A DNA stretch of 64,000 nucleotides from Polyangiales bacterium (GCA_964202905.1 CAXNJO010000001.1:352001-416000); one strand, 5' to 3'. Shown: positions 15,084 to 26,480, counted from the stretch's first letter. Notes: generated by a model not told the origin, from the sequence alone. Numbers and translations are program-made.

Positions 15084-17820
15084 TCAGGGGCCCGTCCAGT
15101 TCACGCGCTCGGCGGTGAAGTTCAGGAAGAACCAGAAGCCGCGCGTCGTGCCGTTCATGTCAGCGTCGTCCTCGTTGGTACCACCGCTGATGTTGCAGCC
15201 ATCGCCGATGGTCATCCCCGCCGTGTTCGTCGTGGTGCGGTTGGCGGCCTGCAGGTGCGTGTACAGAGAGGTCCCGCCGACGAGTGGCAGCGTCGCGGGG
15301 AGCAGGATGTCGGCCGCCGCGCGCTCCGAGAGGAAGCCGCGCACCACGCCGGACACGAGCGTCGTCGGAGGCGCTCCACCCGCGTACGTGGCGTGGATCT
15401 GCGCGTCCGTGAGCGGGATCGCGATCCCCGAGACGTTGATGGTCAGCGTCCGCGGATCCGTGGAGAAACACGGAGCGCTGACGGTATTGACGGCCGGCGT
15501 GTACGTGGCGGGCGTGCCGGCGCGCGTGTTCACCTCGGCCGCGACGGGCGTGAAGCAGGTGCCCGTGGTGCGGTTGTTGGCGATGGACATCACCACGTCG
15601 GGCACCGCAGCAGGCGTGCACGTGTCGGGTGTCCCGTCGACACAGGTCGGATTCGTCTGCAGGTCGTTCGGCGTGGTCATCGCCGTCGTGTTGAGCGGGC
15701 GGAACAGGTCCACGATGTGGAGCGAGTACGTGCCCACGTCGCCGTACGACGTCGTCACCGTCGTCGGAGACAGCGCCTGCGCGAGGGAAGCGTTCACGGA
15801 GAACATCCCGGCGACCTTGTTCTCGGTCGCGTCCGCACAGCCGATGAACGGCACGACGGTGATGCGCGGCGAGACGATCTTCAGCGACGTCAGGCGGAAG
15901 CCCGTCGGTGGCGTCGTCGACATCTCGAGCGTACAGGTCGCGGAGCAGCCGTCGCCCGCGGTCGTGTTCCCGTCGTCGCAGGTCTCGGCCGGCGTCGCCA
16001 TCGCGTCGACGTAGGCGTCGCCGCAGCGCGAGCGCTGGCAGAGGTTGCCCGCACGGCAGATGTCGCGCGTGGCCGCCATCAGGTCGGCGTCGCACGCCGC
16101 GCCCACGGCGAGCGCGGTGCCCGCGCCGCAGCGGCTCGCGAGACCGGTGCCCGTGCAGACCTCGGCGCCGTTGCAGGTGTTGCCGTCGCCGCAGTCGGCG
16201 ACCGCCGTCGCAGCGGTACACGTGAAGGTGCAGTCGGTGTCACAACCATCGCCGTTTGTGGTGTTGCCGTCGTCGCAGGCCTCCGTCGGCGTCGCCGCGT
16301 GTCGCGGAAGCCGTCGCCGCAGCGCGAGCGTGCGCAGGCGCCCGCGCGGCAGACGTCCCGCGTGCCCGCCATCATGTCGGCGTCGCAGACCATTCCGTCC
16401 ATGACGTTCGTCGCGACGCAGCGGCTCGCGAGGCCCATGCCCATGCACGTGTTGTTGGTGCACGGGTTGCCGTCGTTGCAGTTCGTCGCGGCGTTGGCCG
16501 CGGTGCAGGTGAAGGTGCAGTCGCTGCGGCAGCCGTCGGTGTTGATGGCGTTGCCGTCGTCGCACTGCTCCAGGCCCTCGCGCGTGCCGTTGCCGCACGA
16601 AGCGCTCGCCGCGCACATGCCCATGTTGCAGGTGCCGGCGCCGCCGCCGGTCGTCGTGCAGGCGCCGCCCGTGGTGGCCGTGTTCGTGCAGCGGTTCGCG
16701 GTGCACGCGTCGGTGGTGCAGCCGTTGCCGTCGTTGCAGTCCGCCGCCGCGGTGCACGAGAACGTGCAGCCGTTGTCGCAACCATCGCCGTTGATGGTGT
16801 TGGTGTCGTCGCACTGTTCGGCTCCGGAGACGAAGCCGTCGCCGCAGGCGATCGCGACGCAGGCGCCGCCGATCGCAGATCACGCCGCAGCCGCACGACG
16901 CGCCGGTCGCGAGCGGCGTGCCTGCGCCGCAGCGGCTCGCCACGGTGCCGGCGATCCGTGCAGACCTCGTCGCCGTTGCAGGGCGCGCCGTCCGCGCAGT
17001 CCGCCGCGGTCGTGCACGTGAAGGTGCAGGCCGCGCGGCAGCCGTCGGTGTCGTCGGCGTTGCCGTCGTCGCACGCCTCAGCGGCGTCGACGCGGCCGTT
17101 GCCGCAGACCTCGCGCAGGCACGTGGCCGAGCAGCCGTCTCCGTCGACGGTGTTGTCGTCGTCGCACTCCTCGCCCATGTCGAGGCCGCCGTTGCCGCAG
17201 AGCGTGCTCATCGCGCAGTCGGCGCTGCACGAGTCGCCGCCCGTCGTGTTGCCGTCGTCACAGACCTCGCCGACGTCGAGGATGCTGTTGCCGCAGACCT
17301 CGGTGCTCGCGCAGGCCGCGTCGCAGCCGTCGCCGTTCAGGGTGTTGCCGTCGTCGCAGACCTCGTCGACCGTGCCGCCGCCCGCGATCGTGTCGACCAC
17401 GCCGTTGCCGCACGTGTAGTCGGTGCTGCAGTCGGCCGCGCAGCCGTCGCTCGGCAACGTGTTGCCGTCGTCGCACCGTTCGCCGACATCACGGTCCGTG
17501 ACGTTGTTGCCGCAGGACTCGTCGCTCGTGCAATCCGCGGAGCAACCGTCACCGCCGACGGTGTTGCCGTCGTCACAGATCTCGCCCCGACCTCGCATGC
17601 CATCGCCGCAGCCGGGACCCGTGCTCGCGTCCGTGTCGCCGCCACCATCGGTGTCGCCGCCCCCGTCGGCATCCGAGCCACCATCGCCCATGGTGGCATC
17701 GGACACGGAGCCATCCCCGGGCGCGGGCGGCGTATCTCCGCCACCACAGCCCGCGGACAAGCATCCCATCGCGCCGCAGAGCGCCGCGCTCAACCACACT
17801 CGAAGCGATCGTTGCCGCAT
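15084..17820 (-). CDS. Myxobacterial cysteine-rich repeat (DUF4215/TIGR02232-like) lipoprotein with C-terminal beta-rich domain; three apparent frameshifts (~16955, ~16875, ~16300)
   Basis: Lipobox LSAGC; many CGNG..ExCDDGNxxxGDGCSxxC repeats spread over ORFs 16372..17859, 16079..16624 and 15084..16943. Confidence 0.8.
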
Positions 17821-17976
17821 GTTGCACGTCCTCCCGCGGCGTCGCGCCGCTCCGTACACCCCGCGAGCCTCACCGTTGAACGCCGTTCAACGCAAGGAAA
17901 ACCGCGTCTTGACGCAGTGTATTACGGGTTTTGGACGTGGCTGACGGGACGCGCGCCAGCGCAGCCCGGGCGCCGC

Positions 17977-18270
17977 CTACTCGGGGAACTGGAAGACGAC
18001 CTCGTGCTCGCGGACCATCCCCAGCTCGTCGCGCGCGAGGCGCTCGACGGCGGCCGGATCCGACTTCAGCGCCTCGACCTCGCGGCCGAGCGCGGCGACC
18101 TCGCGGGCGAGCCGCTCGTTGTCGCGCTCGACGTGGCGCAGCTCGTCCTTGAGCGCGCGGTAGCGGGGCAGGCCCTGCGCGTCGAGCATGCGCACGGGCA
18201 CGAGCACGACGCTCGTCACGAGCAGCCCGAGCGGGAGCAGCCACACGAGGGTACGCAGGTACGCCGACAC
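17977..18270 (-). CDS. ftsB: Septum formation initiator FtsB/DivIC
   Basis: Single TM helix, coiled coil, ERLARDELGMVREHE motif, 97 aa. Confidence 0.9.
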   Translation of the reverse strand: MSAYLRTLVWLLPLGLLVTSVVLVPVRMLDAQGLPRYRALKDELRHVERDNERLAREVAALGREVEALKSDPAAVERLARDELGMVREHEVVFQFPE

Positions 18271-18388
18271 CGTCGGTCATCCTGCGGGCGCGCAGCGCGG
18301 CCGGTCCAGTTTGCGACGCAGGCCTCGCGGACGCGGGCGAGGCGCGCTTGACTCGCGCGGGCGTGCGTCCTACCGCACGCGGTTCCGC

Positions 18389-19000
18389 ATGCTGTTCCCG
18401 GTCCTCGTCGCCGCGGGCTCGGTCGCGCTCGGCGCGGCGCTCGCCGCCGTGCCCGGGGCGAGGCGCGCCCTCGGTCCGGTGCGCCTCGTCGTGCTCGCGC
18501 TCGCGCTCGGGGTCGCGGTGGTCTCGCTCGCGCCGGCCGCGTTCCGCGCGCTCGGACCGGTCGCGGTGCTCGGGGTGCTCGGGGGCCTGCTCGTTCCGTC
18601 GCTCACGGAGCGCGCGGCGGGGCGGGTGCTCGCGACGCGCGGCGCGGAGGGACGCCTCGCGTCGGCGGTGAGCTTCGCGGGGCTGCTCGCGCACCAGGTC
18701 GGCGACGGCATGGGCCTCTTCGCGGTGCAGGCCAGCATGGAGGTCGCGTTCGCGCTCGCGGCGCACACCGTGCCGATCAGCGCGGTCGTCGTGCTCGACG
18801 CGCTGCGGGCGGGCAGCGCACGCACGGCCGCGTGGCGGGCGCTCGCGCTCGCGCTCGCGACGGTGTTCGGCGTGGTCGTCGGCGGGGCGGTTCCAGGCGC
18901 GCTCGTCGCGCGCGTCGAGCCGTGGATCGGCGCGGTCGTCGCCGGGCTGCTCGTCCACGTCGTCGCGCACGAGGCCCGCCGCGCCTTGCCCCGCGCTTGA
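18389..19000 (+). CDS. Membrane protein, possibly ZIP-like metal permease
   Basis: Very hydrophobic; AHQVGDG and AAHTVP resemble ZIP TM4/TM5 His motifs. Confidence 0.5.
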   Translation: MLFPVLVAAGSVALGAALAAVPGARRALGPVRLVVLALALGVAVVSLAPAAFRALGPVAVLGVLGGLLVPSLTERAAGRVLATRGAEGRLASAVSFAGLLAHQVGDGMGLFAVQASMEVAFALAAHTVPISAVVVLDALRAGSARTAAWRALALALATVFGVVVGGAVPGALVARVEPWIGAVVAGLLVHVVAHEARRALPRA

Positions 19001-19025
19001 CAGTCGCGGCCTCGACCCATAGAGA
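18997..19025 (+). promoter_or_regulatory. Candidate sigma70-type promoter for hrcA
   Basis: Perfect TTGACA at 18997-19002, 17-nt spacer, weak -10 TAGAGA. Confidence 0.35.
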
Positions 19026-19094
19026 TCGCTCGTCCTTTCGGGGGCTTGCAGCCATTTCGGTGCAGCCGTCCGGCCGGGCGTCGATGGGGGCCCC

Positions 19095-20174
19095 GTGACG
19101 GCTGAGCTGGGCTACCGCGCACGCAAGATTCTCTACGCCGCGATCACCGAGTACATCGCGACGGGCGAGCCCGTGGGCTCGCGGACGCTCGCGCGGCGCT
19201 ACGGCCTCGCGCTCTCGCCGGCCACGATCCGCAACGAGCTCGCCGACCTCGAGGAGGCCGGCTACCTCGCGCAGCCGCACACGAGCGCGGGCCGCGTGCC
19301 GACGGATCGCGGCTTCCGCACCTTCGTGGACGCGCTCGTGCAGATCCGCGAGGTCACCTCCGAAGACCGCAGCGCCGTCGTCGCGCGCATGCACGCGCTC
19401 CGCCCCGGCGTCGACGACGTGATGCGCGAGGCCGGCAAGCTGCTCTCCTCGCTCACGGGCGCGGCGGCCGTCGTCGTGACGCCGCGACCCGACGAGGAGC
19501 GCCTCGCGCAGCTGCGCTTCATGCCGCTCGCGCCGGGCGAGCTCCTCGCGGTGCTCATCACGCGCTCGGGCACCGTGCAGAACCGCATCGTGCGCGTCGG
19601 GCGCGACCCGGACGCCCAGGAGCTCGAGCGCGTGCACAACTACCTCGCCGAGCTGCTCGCGGCGGGGCGCTCGCTCGAGGAGTTGCGCCAGGCGATCGCC
19701 GAGCAGATGGCCACCGAGCGCGGCCGCTACGACGTCGAGAAGCGCCGCGTGAAGGAGCTCGTCGACGCCGCCGCCCACCGTGGCCGCGACGACGCGCGGG
19801 AGGGCGTCATCGTCGAGGGACAGGGGCTCCTGCTCGATCGCCCCGAGTTCGCGGACGTCGAGAAGATCCGCGCGCTCGTGCGCACGTTCGAGGATAAAGA
19901 GCGCCTGCTCGAGCTGCTCGACCGCACGCTCGGCTCGGGCGGGCTGCAGGTCGTGATCGGCAAGGAGACGCAGCTCGGGGCGGGCGGCGACGACCTCTCC
20001 GTCGTGTCCGCGACGTACCGGCAGGCGGGCCTCGCGTCCGGCACCGTCGGCGTGATCGGGCCGACGCGCATGGACTACGCGAAGATCGTCCCGCTCGTCG
20101 GCTTCACCGCGCGCGTGGTCGGCGAGCTCCTCGACGGGGTCGAGGTGGGCAAGGCGGGCGAGGGCTCGCGCTGA
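19095..20174 (+). CDS. hrcA: Heat-inducible transcription repressor HrcA
   Basis: YIATGEPVGSR, SPATIRNE, QPHTSAGRVPT, VIGPTRMDY. Confidence 0.96.
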   Translation: MTAELGYRARKILYAAITEYIATGEPVGSRTLARRYGLALSPATIRNELADLEEAGYLAQPHTSAGRVPTDRGFRTFVDALVQIREVTSEDRSAVVARMHALRPGVDDVMREAGKLLSSLTGAAAVVVTPRPDEERLAQLRFMPLAPGELLAVLITRSGTVQNRIVRVGRDPDAQELERVHNYLAELLAAGRSLEELRQAIAEQMATERGRYDVEKRRVKELVDAAAHRGRDDAREGVIVEGQGLLLDRPEFADVEKIRALVRTFEDKERLLELLDRTLGSGGLQVVIGKETQLGAGGDDLSVVSATYRQAGLASGTVGVIGPTRMDYAKIVPLVGFTARVVGELLDGVEVGKAGEGSR

Positions 20175-20304
20175 GGCAGCCGGTGCGCACCTCGGCCTCG
20201 TGCACAAACCTCCCCATCGGCGCAGCGCACGAGTTGTCGCGCGCGCCGCGCATGACTATCCTCCGCCGCGCGCGCCTTGGAGCGTGCTGTCGAGAGGACA
20301 CCAC

Positions 20305-20964
20305 GTGAGCGACACGAACGACATGGGCGACATGGGCGGCACGGCCGGCACGGCCGAGATGAACGGCACGGGCGAGACGGGCGGTCCGGGCCACACCACG
20401 GGGCCCGGCGAGCCGCGCTCCACGGACGGCGGCGCCCAGGCGATCGAGGCCATGGCGGCCGCGGAGCCCGAAGCCGCCCCGCCGGAGGCCGCCCCCAGCG
20501 ACCCGCTCGCGCAGATGACGGCCGAGCGCAACAAGCTGAAGGACCAGCTCCTGCGCACCGCGGCCGACTTCGACAACTACCGCAAGCGCGCGCGCAAGGA
20601 CGTCGAGGACGCCGCGCGCCGTGGCCGCGAGGACACGCTCCGCGAGCTGCTCCCGGTCGCCGACAACCTCGAGCGCGCGATCGCAGCGGGGGCCAACGCC
20701 CGCGAGATCGAGGGCGTCGTCGAGGGCGTGCGGATGGTGCACAAGCTCTTCATCGACAGCCTCGAGCGCATCGGCGTGTCGCGCGTGCCGAGCCTCGGCG
20801 AGCGCTTCGATCCGATGGTCCACGAGGCCATCCAGCAGGTCGAGACGGACGAGCATCCGCCCGGCACGGTCGTCGCCGAGCTGATGCCCGGCTACCGCCT
20901 CGGCGACAAGCTCGTGCGCGCCGCGATGGTGGCGGTCGCGAAAATGAAGACCGTCGTCAGCTGA
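20305..20964 (+). CDS. grpE: Nucleotide exchange factor GrpE
   Basis: [49 protein letters not shown] start after gagagga. Confidence 0.95.
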   Translation: MSDTNDMGDMGGTAGTAEMNGTGETGGPGHTTGPGEPRSTDGGAQAIEAMAAAEPEAAPPEAAPSDPLAQMTAERNKLKDQLLRTAADFDNYRKRARKDVEDAARRGREDTLRELLPVADNLERAIAAGANAREIEGVVEGVRMVHKLFIDSLERIGVSRVPSLGERFDPMVHEAIQQVETDEHPPGTVVAELMPGYRLGDKLVRAAMVAVAKMKTVVS

Positions 20965-21070
20965 TCGCGCCCGGGGGCGCGCGCGACGACCCGTCCGCGC
21001 GCCTTTTCTCCATGGCGCGCACGCATTCTCCGCCGCGCGTGCGGGGCGTTGTCGGTTATTCTCGCGCACC

Positions 21071-22897
21071 ATGAGCAAGGTGATCGGGATCGACCTCGGC
21101 ACGACCAACTCCTGCGTCGCGGTCATCGAGAACGGCGAGCCCGTCGTGATCGCCAACGCGGAGGGGAGCCGCACGACGCCCTCGATCGTCGGCTTCAGCC
21201 AGGGCGGCGAGCGCCTCGTCGGTCAGGTCGCGAAGCGCCAGGCCGTGACGAACCCGGAGCACACCGTGTTCGCGGTCAAGCGCCTGATGGGGCGGCCCTT
21301 CGACTCCGACGAGTCGCGCAAGCAGGCCAAGCACGCGAGCTACCGCATCGTGCAGGCGCTGAACGGCGACGCGTGGGTCGCCGCGCGCGGCAAGGAGTAC
21401 GCGCCGCCCGAGATCAGCGCGATGGTGCTCGAGAAGATGAAGCAGACGGCCGAGGCCTACCTCGGCCAGACCGTCACCGAGGCCGTCATCACGGTCCCCG
21501 CGTACTTCGACGACGCGCAGCGGCAGGCGACGCGCGACGCGGGTCGCATCGCGGGGCTCGAGATCAAGCGCATCCTCAACGAGCCGACGGCCGCGGCGCT
21601 CGCGTACGGCCTCGACAAGCGGGGCAAGGGCGGCGAGCGCATCGCCGTCTACGACCTCGGCGGCGGCACGTTCGACGTCTCGATCCTCGAGCTGAGCGGC
21701 ACGGGCGTGTTCCGCGTCGTCGCGACCGCGGGCGACACCTACCTCGGCGGTTCCGACTTCGATCAGGCCCTCGTGCAGCGGCTCGCGGACGGCTTCCAGA
21801 TCGAGCACGGCATCGACCTGATGGCCGATCGCATGGCGCTGCAGCGCCTGCACGAGCAGGCAGAGAAGGCGAAGCACGAGCTCTCCTCGTCGCTCGAGAC
21901 CGAGATCAACCTGCCCTTCATCGCGGCCGACGCGACGGGCCCGAAGCATCTCGTGATGACGATCCGGCGCAACGAGCTCGAGACGTTGGTCGAGTCGCTC
22001 GTCGAGCGCACGCTCGAGCCCTGCCGCAAGGCGCTCGCCGACGCGGGCCTGCAGGTCACCGACATCCACGAGGTCATCCTCGTCGGCGGCATGACGCGCA
22101 TGCCGCTCGTGCAGCGGCGCGTGCAGGAGTTCTTCGGCCGCACGCCGCACCGTGGCGTGAACCCCGACGAGGTCGTGGCCGCGGGCGCCGCGGTGCAGGC
22201 CGCAGCGATCACGGGCGAGCTCGACGAGGTGCTGCTCCTCGACGTCACGCCGCTCTCGCTCGGCGTCGAGGTCGGCGGCGGCGTGTTCTACCGGATCATC
22301 GAGCGCAACACGACGATCCCCACGCAAAAGAAGGAGATCTTCACGACCTCCATCGACGGCCAGTCCTTCGTGCCCATCCACGTGCTGCAGGGCGAGCGCG
22401 AGATGGCCGTGGACAACAAGACGCTCGCGAAGTTCGAGCTCGCGTCGATCCCCCCCGCGCCGCGCGGCGTGCCGCAGATCGAGGTGTCCTTCGAGATCGA
22501 CGCGAACGGCATCGTGAACGTGCGCGCGCGCGATCTCGGCACGGGGCGCGAGCAGTCGGTGAGCGTGGTCGCCGCGAGCGGCCTCACGCCGGACCAGATC
22601 GAGGCCTGCATCGCGGAGGCCGCGCGCTTCCACGCGGTCGACGAGCGGCGCAAGGAGCTCGCGGAGCTGCGCACGCAGGCCGAGGGCCTCCTCTACACGA
22701 GTGAGCGCGCCACCGAAGAGTGCAAGGATTTCGTCGACGCGGAGGTCATCGAGGGCGCGCGCGCGGCCGCGCAGGCGCTCCGCGCCACCCTCGAGGCCAA
22801 CGCCGACGCGCTCGCGATCAAGGACGGTCTGCACGCGCTCGAGGTCGCCGCGTACCGCATCGCCGAGGCGATGTACGGCACGCCCGCGTCCGGATGA
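21071..22897 (+). CDS. dnaK: Hsp70 chaperone DnaK
   Basis: [38 protein letters not shown]. Confidence 0.96.
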   Translation: MSKVIGIDLGTTNSCVAVIENGEPVVIANAEGSRTTPSIVGFSQGGERLVGQVAKRQAVTNPEHTVFAVKRLMGRPFDSDESRKQAKHASYRIVQALNGDAWVAARGKEYAPPEISAMVLEKMKQTAEAYLGQTVTEAVITVPAYFDDAQRQATRDAGRIAGLEIKRILNEPTAAALAYGLDKRGKGGERIAVYDLGGGTFDVSILELSGTGVFRVVATAGDTYLGGSDFDQALVQRLADGFQIEHGIDLMADRMALQRLHEQAEKAKHELSSSLETEINLPFIAADATGPKHLVMTIRRNELETLVESLVERTLEPCRKALADAGLQVTDIHEVILVGGMTRMPLVQRRVQEFFGRTPHRGVNPDEVVAAGAAVQAAAITGELDEVLLLDVTPLSLGVEVGGGVFYRIIERNTTIPTQKKEIFTTSIDGQSFVPIHVLQGEREMAVDNKTLAKFELASIPPAPRGVPQIEVSFEIDANGIVNVRARDLGTGREQSVSVVAASGLTPDQIEACIAEAARFHAVDERRKELAELRTQAEGLLYTSERATEECKDFVDAEVIEGARAAAQALRATLEANADALAIKDGLHALEVAAYRIAEAMYGTPASG

Positions 22898-22944
22898 GGC
22901 GCGTGTCGGCCTGACGTGATCAGCGCGATCCGGCGCGGACGCGA

Positions 22945-24066
22945 TCAGCGCGAACCGTCGCGCACATCGGGCGCGCGCCACGCGGGGAGCGGCGGGCCCA
23001 CCCACACGGGCTCGCGCTCGAGCACGACACCGAAGCGCTCGAACACGCCGGCGCGCACCTCGTCGGCGAGCGCGAGGAGCGCAGCCGCCGTCGCGCCCTC
23101 GTGGCAGACGAGCGCGAGCGCGTGCCGCGTCGAGAGCCCCACGGCGCCGCGGCGCAGACCACGCGAGAAGCCGCTCTGCTCGACGAGCCAGCCCGCGGCG
23201 AGTTTCGTGCGACCGTCCGGCTCGGGCCAGCGCGGGACGTCCTCCGCGCGCGCGACGCGACCGCTCTGCACCGCGAGCGCGACGACGCGCGCCGCGTGCG
23301 CCGCGTCGACGACGGGGTTCGTGAAGAACGAGCCCGCCGACCGCGCGTTCTCGTCGCGCGCGCCGAGGCCCGGCGCGTCGAGCACCATCGACTTCGCGCG
23401 GCGCAGCGCGAGCACCGTCTCCCGCACCCGCGCGAGCGGCGCCGGCCCCTTCCCGCCGAGCGCACGCGCGAGCTCGCCGTGACGCACGCCCGCCGAGTCC
23501 CCGCGTCGCAGCGCGAACGTGACCGCGACGACGGCGAGCGCGCCGGGCCGCTCCTTCAGCACGCTGTGCCGGTAGCGGAACCCGCACGCCGCCGCGTCGA
23601 GCGTGCGCACCGCGCCCGTCTCGAGGTCGAGCGCGCGCACCGAGACGATCGTGTCGGCGACCTCCTGCCCGTACGCGCCCACGTTCTGCACGGGCGTCGC
23701 GCCCGTCGAGCCGGGGATGCCCGCGAGCGCCTCGAGCCCCGCGAGCCCCTCGTCGCACGCCCGCGCGACGACGTCGTCCCACGGCTCGCCCGCTGCGACC
23801 TCCACCTCGACGCGCTCGCCCGCGGCACGCGCGCTGAACCCCCGCGACGCCACGCGCACGACGAGGCCGGGCACGCCCTCGTCCGCGACGATCACGTTGG
23901 AGCCGCCCCCGAGCAGCGTGACGGGGAGCCCGGCGCCCCGCGCGTACGCGAGGGCCGAGGCGAGCTCCGCCTCGCTGCGCGCCTCGCAGTAGTGCGCCGC
24001 GGGCCCGCCGAGACCGAGCGTCGTGCGCGGCGCGAGCGGCACACCGCGCAGGATCTCCGGCTCCAT
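22945..24066 (-). CDS. murB: UDP-N-acetylenolpyruvoylglucosamine reductase
   Basis: LGGGSNV, GIPGSTGATPVQNVGAYG, SAGSFFTNP, LEREP. Confidence 0.94.
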   Translation of the reverse strand: MEPEILRGVPLAPRTTLGLGGPAAHYCEARSEAELASALAYARGAGLPVTLLGGGSNVIVADEGVPGLVVRVASRGFSARAAGERVEVEVAAGEPWDDVVARACDEGLAGLEALAGIPGSTGATPVQNVGAYGQEVADTIVSVRALDLETGAVRTLDAAACGFRYRHSVLKERPGALAVVAVTFALRRGDSAGVRHGELARALGGKGPAPLARVRETVLALRRAKSMVLDAPGLGARDENARSAGSFFTNPVVDAAHAARVVALAVQSGRVARAEDVPRWPEPDGRTKLAAGWLVEQSGFSRGLRRGAVGLSTRHALALVCHEGATAAALLALADEVRAGVFERFGVVLEREPVWVGPPLPAWRAPDVRDGSR

Positions 24067-24089
24067 CGGGGGCACCGCGCCGGACGCGC

Positions 24090-24596
24090 TCAGGCCGGCC
24101 GCTGCGAGAGCGCGCCGAGGTAGTCGCGCTTGCCGAGCCCGACGCCGCCGTGGCGGAAGATCGCGTAGACGTGCCCGAGGTGGAAGTAGAAGTTCGGGAC
24201 GACGTGCTCGACGAAGTAGTCGTGCGCGGACATCACCTTGCCCGCCCAGCGGGGCTGCGTGACGGTGCGCTCGGCGAGGCCCTCGAAGTCCTGCGGGCCG
24301 AGCCCGTCGAGGTAGTCGAGGACGACCGCGATGCGCGCACGCAGCGCGTCGAGCGTCTGCTCGTCGTCGGCCTGCACGGGCGCCTCCTTGCCGGTCACGC
24401 GCGCGGCGCCGAACTTCGCCGTATCGCAAGCGATTTGCACCTGTTTCACGAGTGCGAATTGGTCGGGCGCGAGGCGCATCGTGAGGAACACGTTGGGATC
24501 GAAGCCGCGCCCCTGCGCCGAGGCCGCCGCCGCGTCGAACCACGTCGACATCTGGGCGAGCTGCTTCTTCATCTGGCGAAACATGTCGATGTACAT
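24090..24596 (-). CDS. DUF1993 family (DinB-like) protein
   Basis: RLAPDQF, QVQIACDTAK, PNFYFH, GKRDY. Confidence 0.85.
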   Translation of the reverse strand: MYIDMFRQMKKQLAQMSTWFDAAAASAQGRGFDPNVFLTMRLAPDQFALVKQVQIACDTAKFGAARVTGKEAPVQADDEQTLDALRARIAVVLDYLDGLGPQDFEGLAERTVTQPRWAGKVMSAHDYFVEHVVPNFYFHLGHVYAIFRHGGVGLGKRDYLGALSQRPA

Positions 24597-24656
24597 GCGC
24601 GCGATGCTACGCCGCGCGCGCGCACGTCTCCACCCCCGCGTGCTCGCCCGTCGCGC

Positions 24657-25964
24657 TCAGCGACGCGGCGTGATCGTGTGGACGCCGCCCATGTAGGGCA
24701 CGAGCGCCTCGGGGATCGTGACGGTGCCGTCCGGGCGTTGCCCCTGCTCGAGGATCGCGACGAGGGTGCGCCCGATCGCGAGCCCGGAGCCGTTGATCGT
24801 GTGGACCAGCTCGGGCTTGGCGCCCGCCTCGCGGCGGAAGCGGATCTTCGCGCGGCGCGCCTGGAAATCACCGAACCACGAGCACGACGAGATCTCGCGG
24901 TACGCGTCCTGGCCCGGCAGCCAGACCTCGAGGTCGAAGGTCTTGCGCGACGCGAAGCCGAGGTCGCCGGCGCACAGCTCGATGGTGCGGTGGTGCAGGC
25001 CGAGGCGCTGCAGGATGACCTCGGCGTGCGCCGTGAGCCGCTCGTGCTCGGCGAGCGCGGACTCCGGCGTGACGAAGCGGACGAGCTCGACCTTGTCGAA
25101 CTGGTGCTGCCGGATGAGCCCGCGCGTGTCGCGGCCGTGGCTGCCCGCCTCGCTGCGGAAGCACGCGGTGTACGCGGTGTACGCGACCGGCAGCGCTGCA
25201 CCCTCGAGGATCTCGTCGGCGTGCAGGTTCGTGACGGGCACCTCGGCCGTCGGCGCGAGGTAGAGCGTGCGCGCGCCCTCGCCCTCCTCGAAGCGCTCGA
25301 CCTTGAACATGTCCTTCGCAAACTTCGGCAGCTGCGAGGTGCCGCGCGCGGCGGTGTCTTTCACGAGGACGGGCGGCCAGATCTCCTCGTAGCCGTGCTC
25401 GTTCGAATGGATGTCGAGCATGAAGGCCATGAGCGCCCGCTCGAGCCGTGCGCCGTGGCCGCGCAGCACGGTGAAGCGCGTGCCGCTCAGCTTCACGCCC
25501 CGCTCGAAGTCGAGGATCCCGAGCGCCTCGCCGAGCGCGACGTGGTCGCGGACCGTGCCTTCGAGGACGGGCTTCTCGCCCCACACGCGCACGACGCGGT
25601 TGTCGTGCTCGGAGGTGCCGTCCGGCGCGGACTCGTGCGGCATGTTCGGGATGTGGAGCAGCTTGTCCTCGAGCTGCGCCTCGACCTCGGCGAGCTGCAC
25701 CTCGAGCACGCGCGTCTCCTCGCCGACCCGCTTCATCGCGTCGCGCGCCTCGAGGAACTCCGCGCCCTTCTTGTCGAGCTTCGCGAGCGAGGCGCTGACC
25801 TCGTTCTTGCGGGCACGCAGCGCGTCGAGCGAACCGATGAGGCTGCGGCGCGAGACGGCGAGCGACGCGACGTCGTCGAGGAGCGCCGCGGCCCCGGGGC
25901 CACGCCGCGCGAGGGCGGCGCGCACGTCGTCGAGGTGATCGGTCACGTAGCGGGCGTCGAGCAT
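24657..25964 (-). CDS. serS: Seryl-tRNA synthetase
   Basis: MLD start, PTAEVP, FRSEAGS, RQHQFDKVE, EISSCS, NGSGLA. Confidence 0.97.
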   Translation of the reverse strand: MLDARYVTDHLDDVRAALARRGPGAAALLDDVASLAVSRRSLIGSLDALRARKNEVSASLAKLDKKGAEFLEARDAMKRVGEETRVLEVQLAEVEAQLEDKLLHIPNMPHESAPDGTSEHDNRVVRVWGEKPVLEGTVRDHVALGEALGILDFERGVKLSGTRFTVLRGHGARLERALMAFMLDIHSNEHGYEEIWPPVLVKDTAARGTSQLPKFAKDMFKVERFEEGEGARTLYLAPTAEVPVTNLHADEILEGAALPVAYTAYTACFRSEAGSHGRDTRGLIRQHQFDKVELVRFVTPESALAEHERLTAHAEVILQRLGLHHRTIELCAGDLGFASRKTFDLEVWLPGQDAYREISSCSWFGDFQARRAKIRFRREAGAKPELVHTINGSGLAIGRTLVAILEQGQRPDGTVTIPEALVPYMGGVHTITPRR

Positions 25965-26020
25965 CGGCGCGGTGTACCAGACACGCGGCAGTGGGCCAAT
26001 CGTGCTATCTGGCGCGGGCG

Positions 26021-26458
26021 ATGACGCTCTCGTCCGCCGGCCGCGCCACGGTGAAGCTCGGCCTCGGGTTGCTCGGCGTCGCGGCCTTCGGCGTCGTCGC
26101 GCACACGCTCGCGGCGCAGGGCCCCTCGAGCCCATGGTGGCTCGGTGTCCTCCCGGGCCCGGTCGCACAGCTCCGCGACACGAGCGCGCTCCTCGGCGTG
26201 CTGCTGCTCGCGGGCGCCCCCTACGTGAGCGCGCGCCCCGGCGAGCGCGAGCCGTTCGGGCTCGTCGGCGCGCTCTACGTGGGCACCGCCGTGGTGCTCG
26301 TCACCCTCGCGATCGGCGCGACGACGGGCATGTACGGCGTGCAGATCGAGGACCCGCGCCCCGCGAGCCGCTGGCTCTTCCGCGCGCGCACCGCGGGGGA
26401 GCTCGTGCTGGTCGGCGCGCTCGTCGCCTTCGCGCGGCGCGCGTGGAAGGCACGCTGA
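26021..26458 (+). CDS. Hypothetical membrane protein (about 4 TM)
   Basis: Four hydrophobic segments; fills the gap between serS and the acyltransferase. Confidence 0.6.
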   Translation: MTLSSAGRATVKLGLGLLGVAAFGVVAHTLAAQGPSSPWWLGVLPGPVAQLRDTSALLGVLLLAGAPYVSARPGEREPFGLVGALYVGTAVVLVTLAIGATTGMYGVQIEDPRPASRWLFRARTAGELVLVGALVAFARRAWKAR

Positions 26459-26480
26459 GCGCGCGGGACTGAACCGCGAT

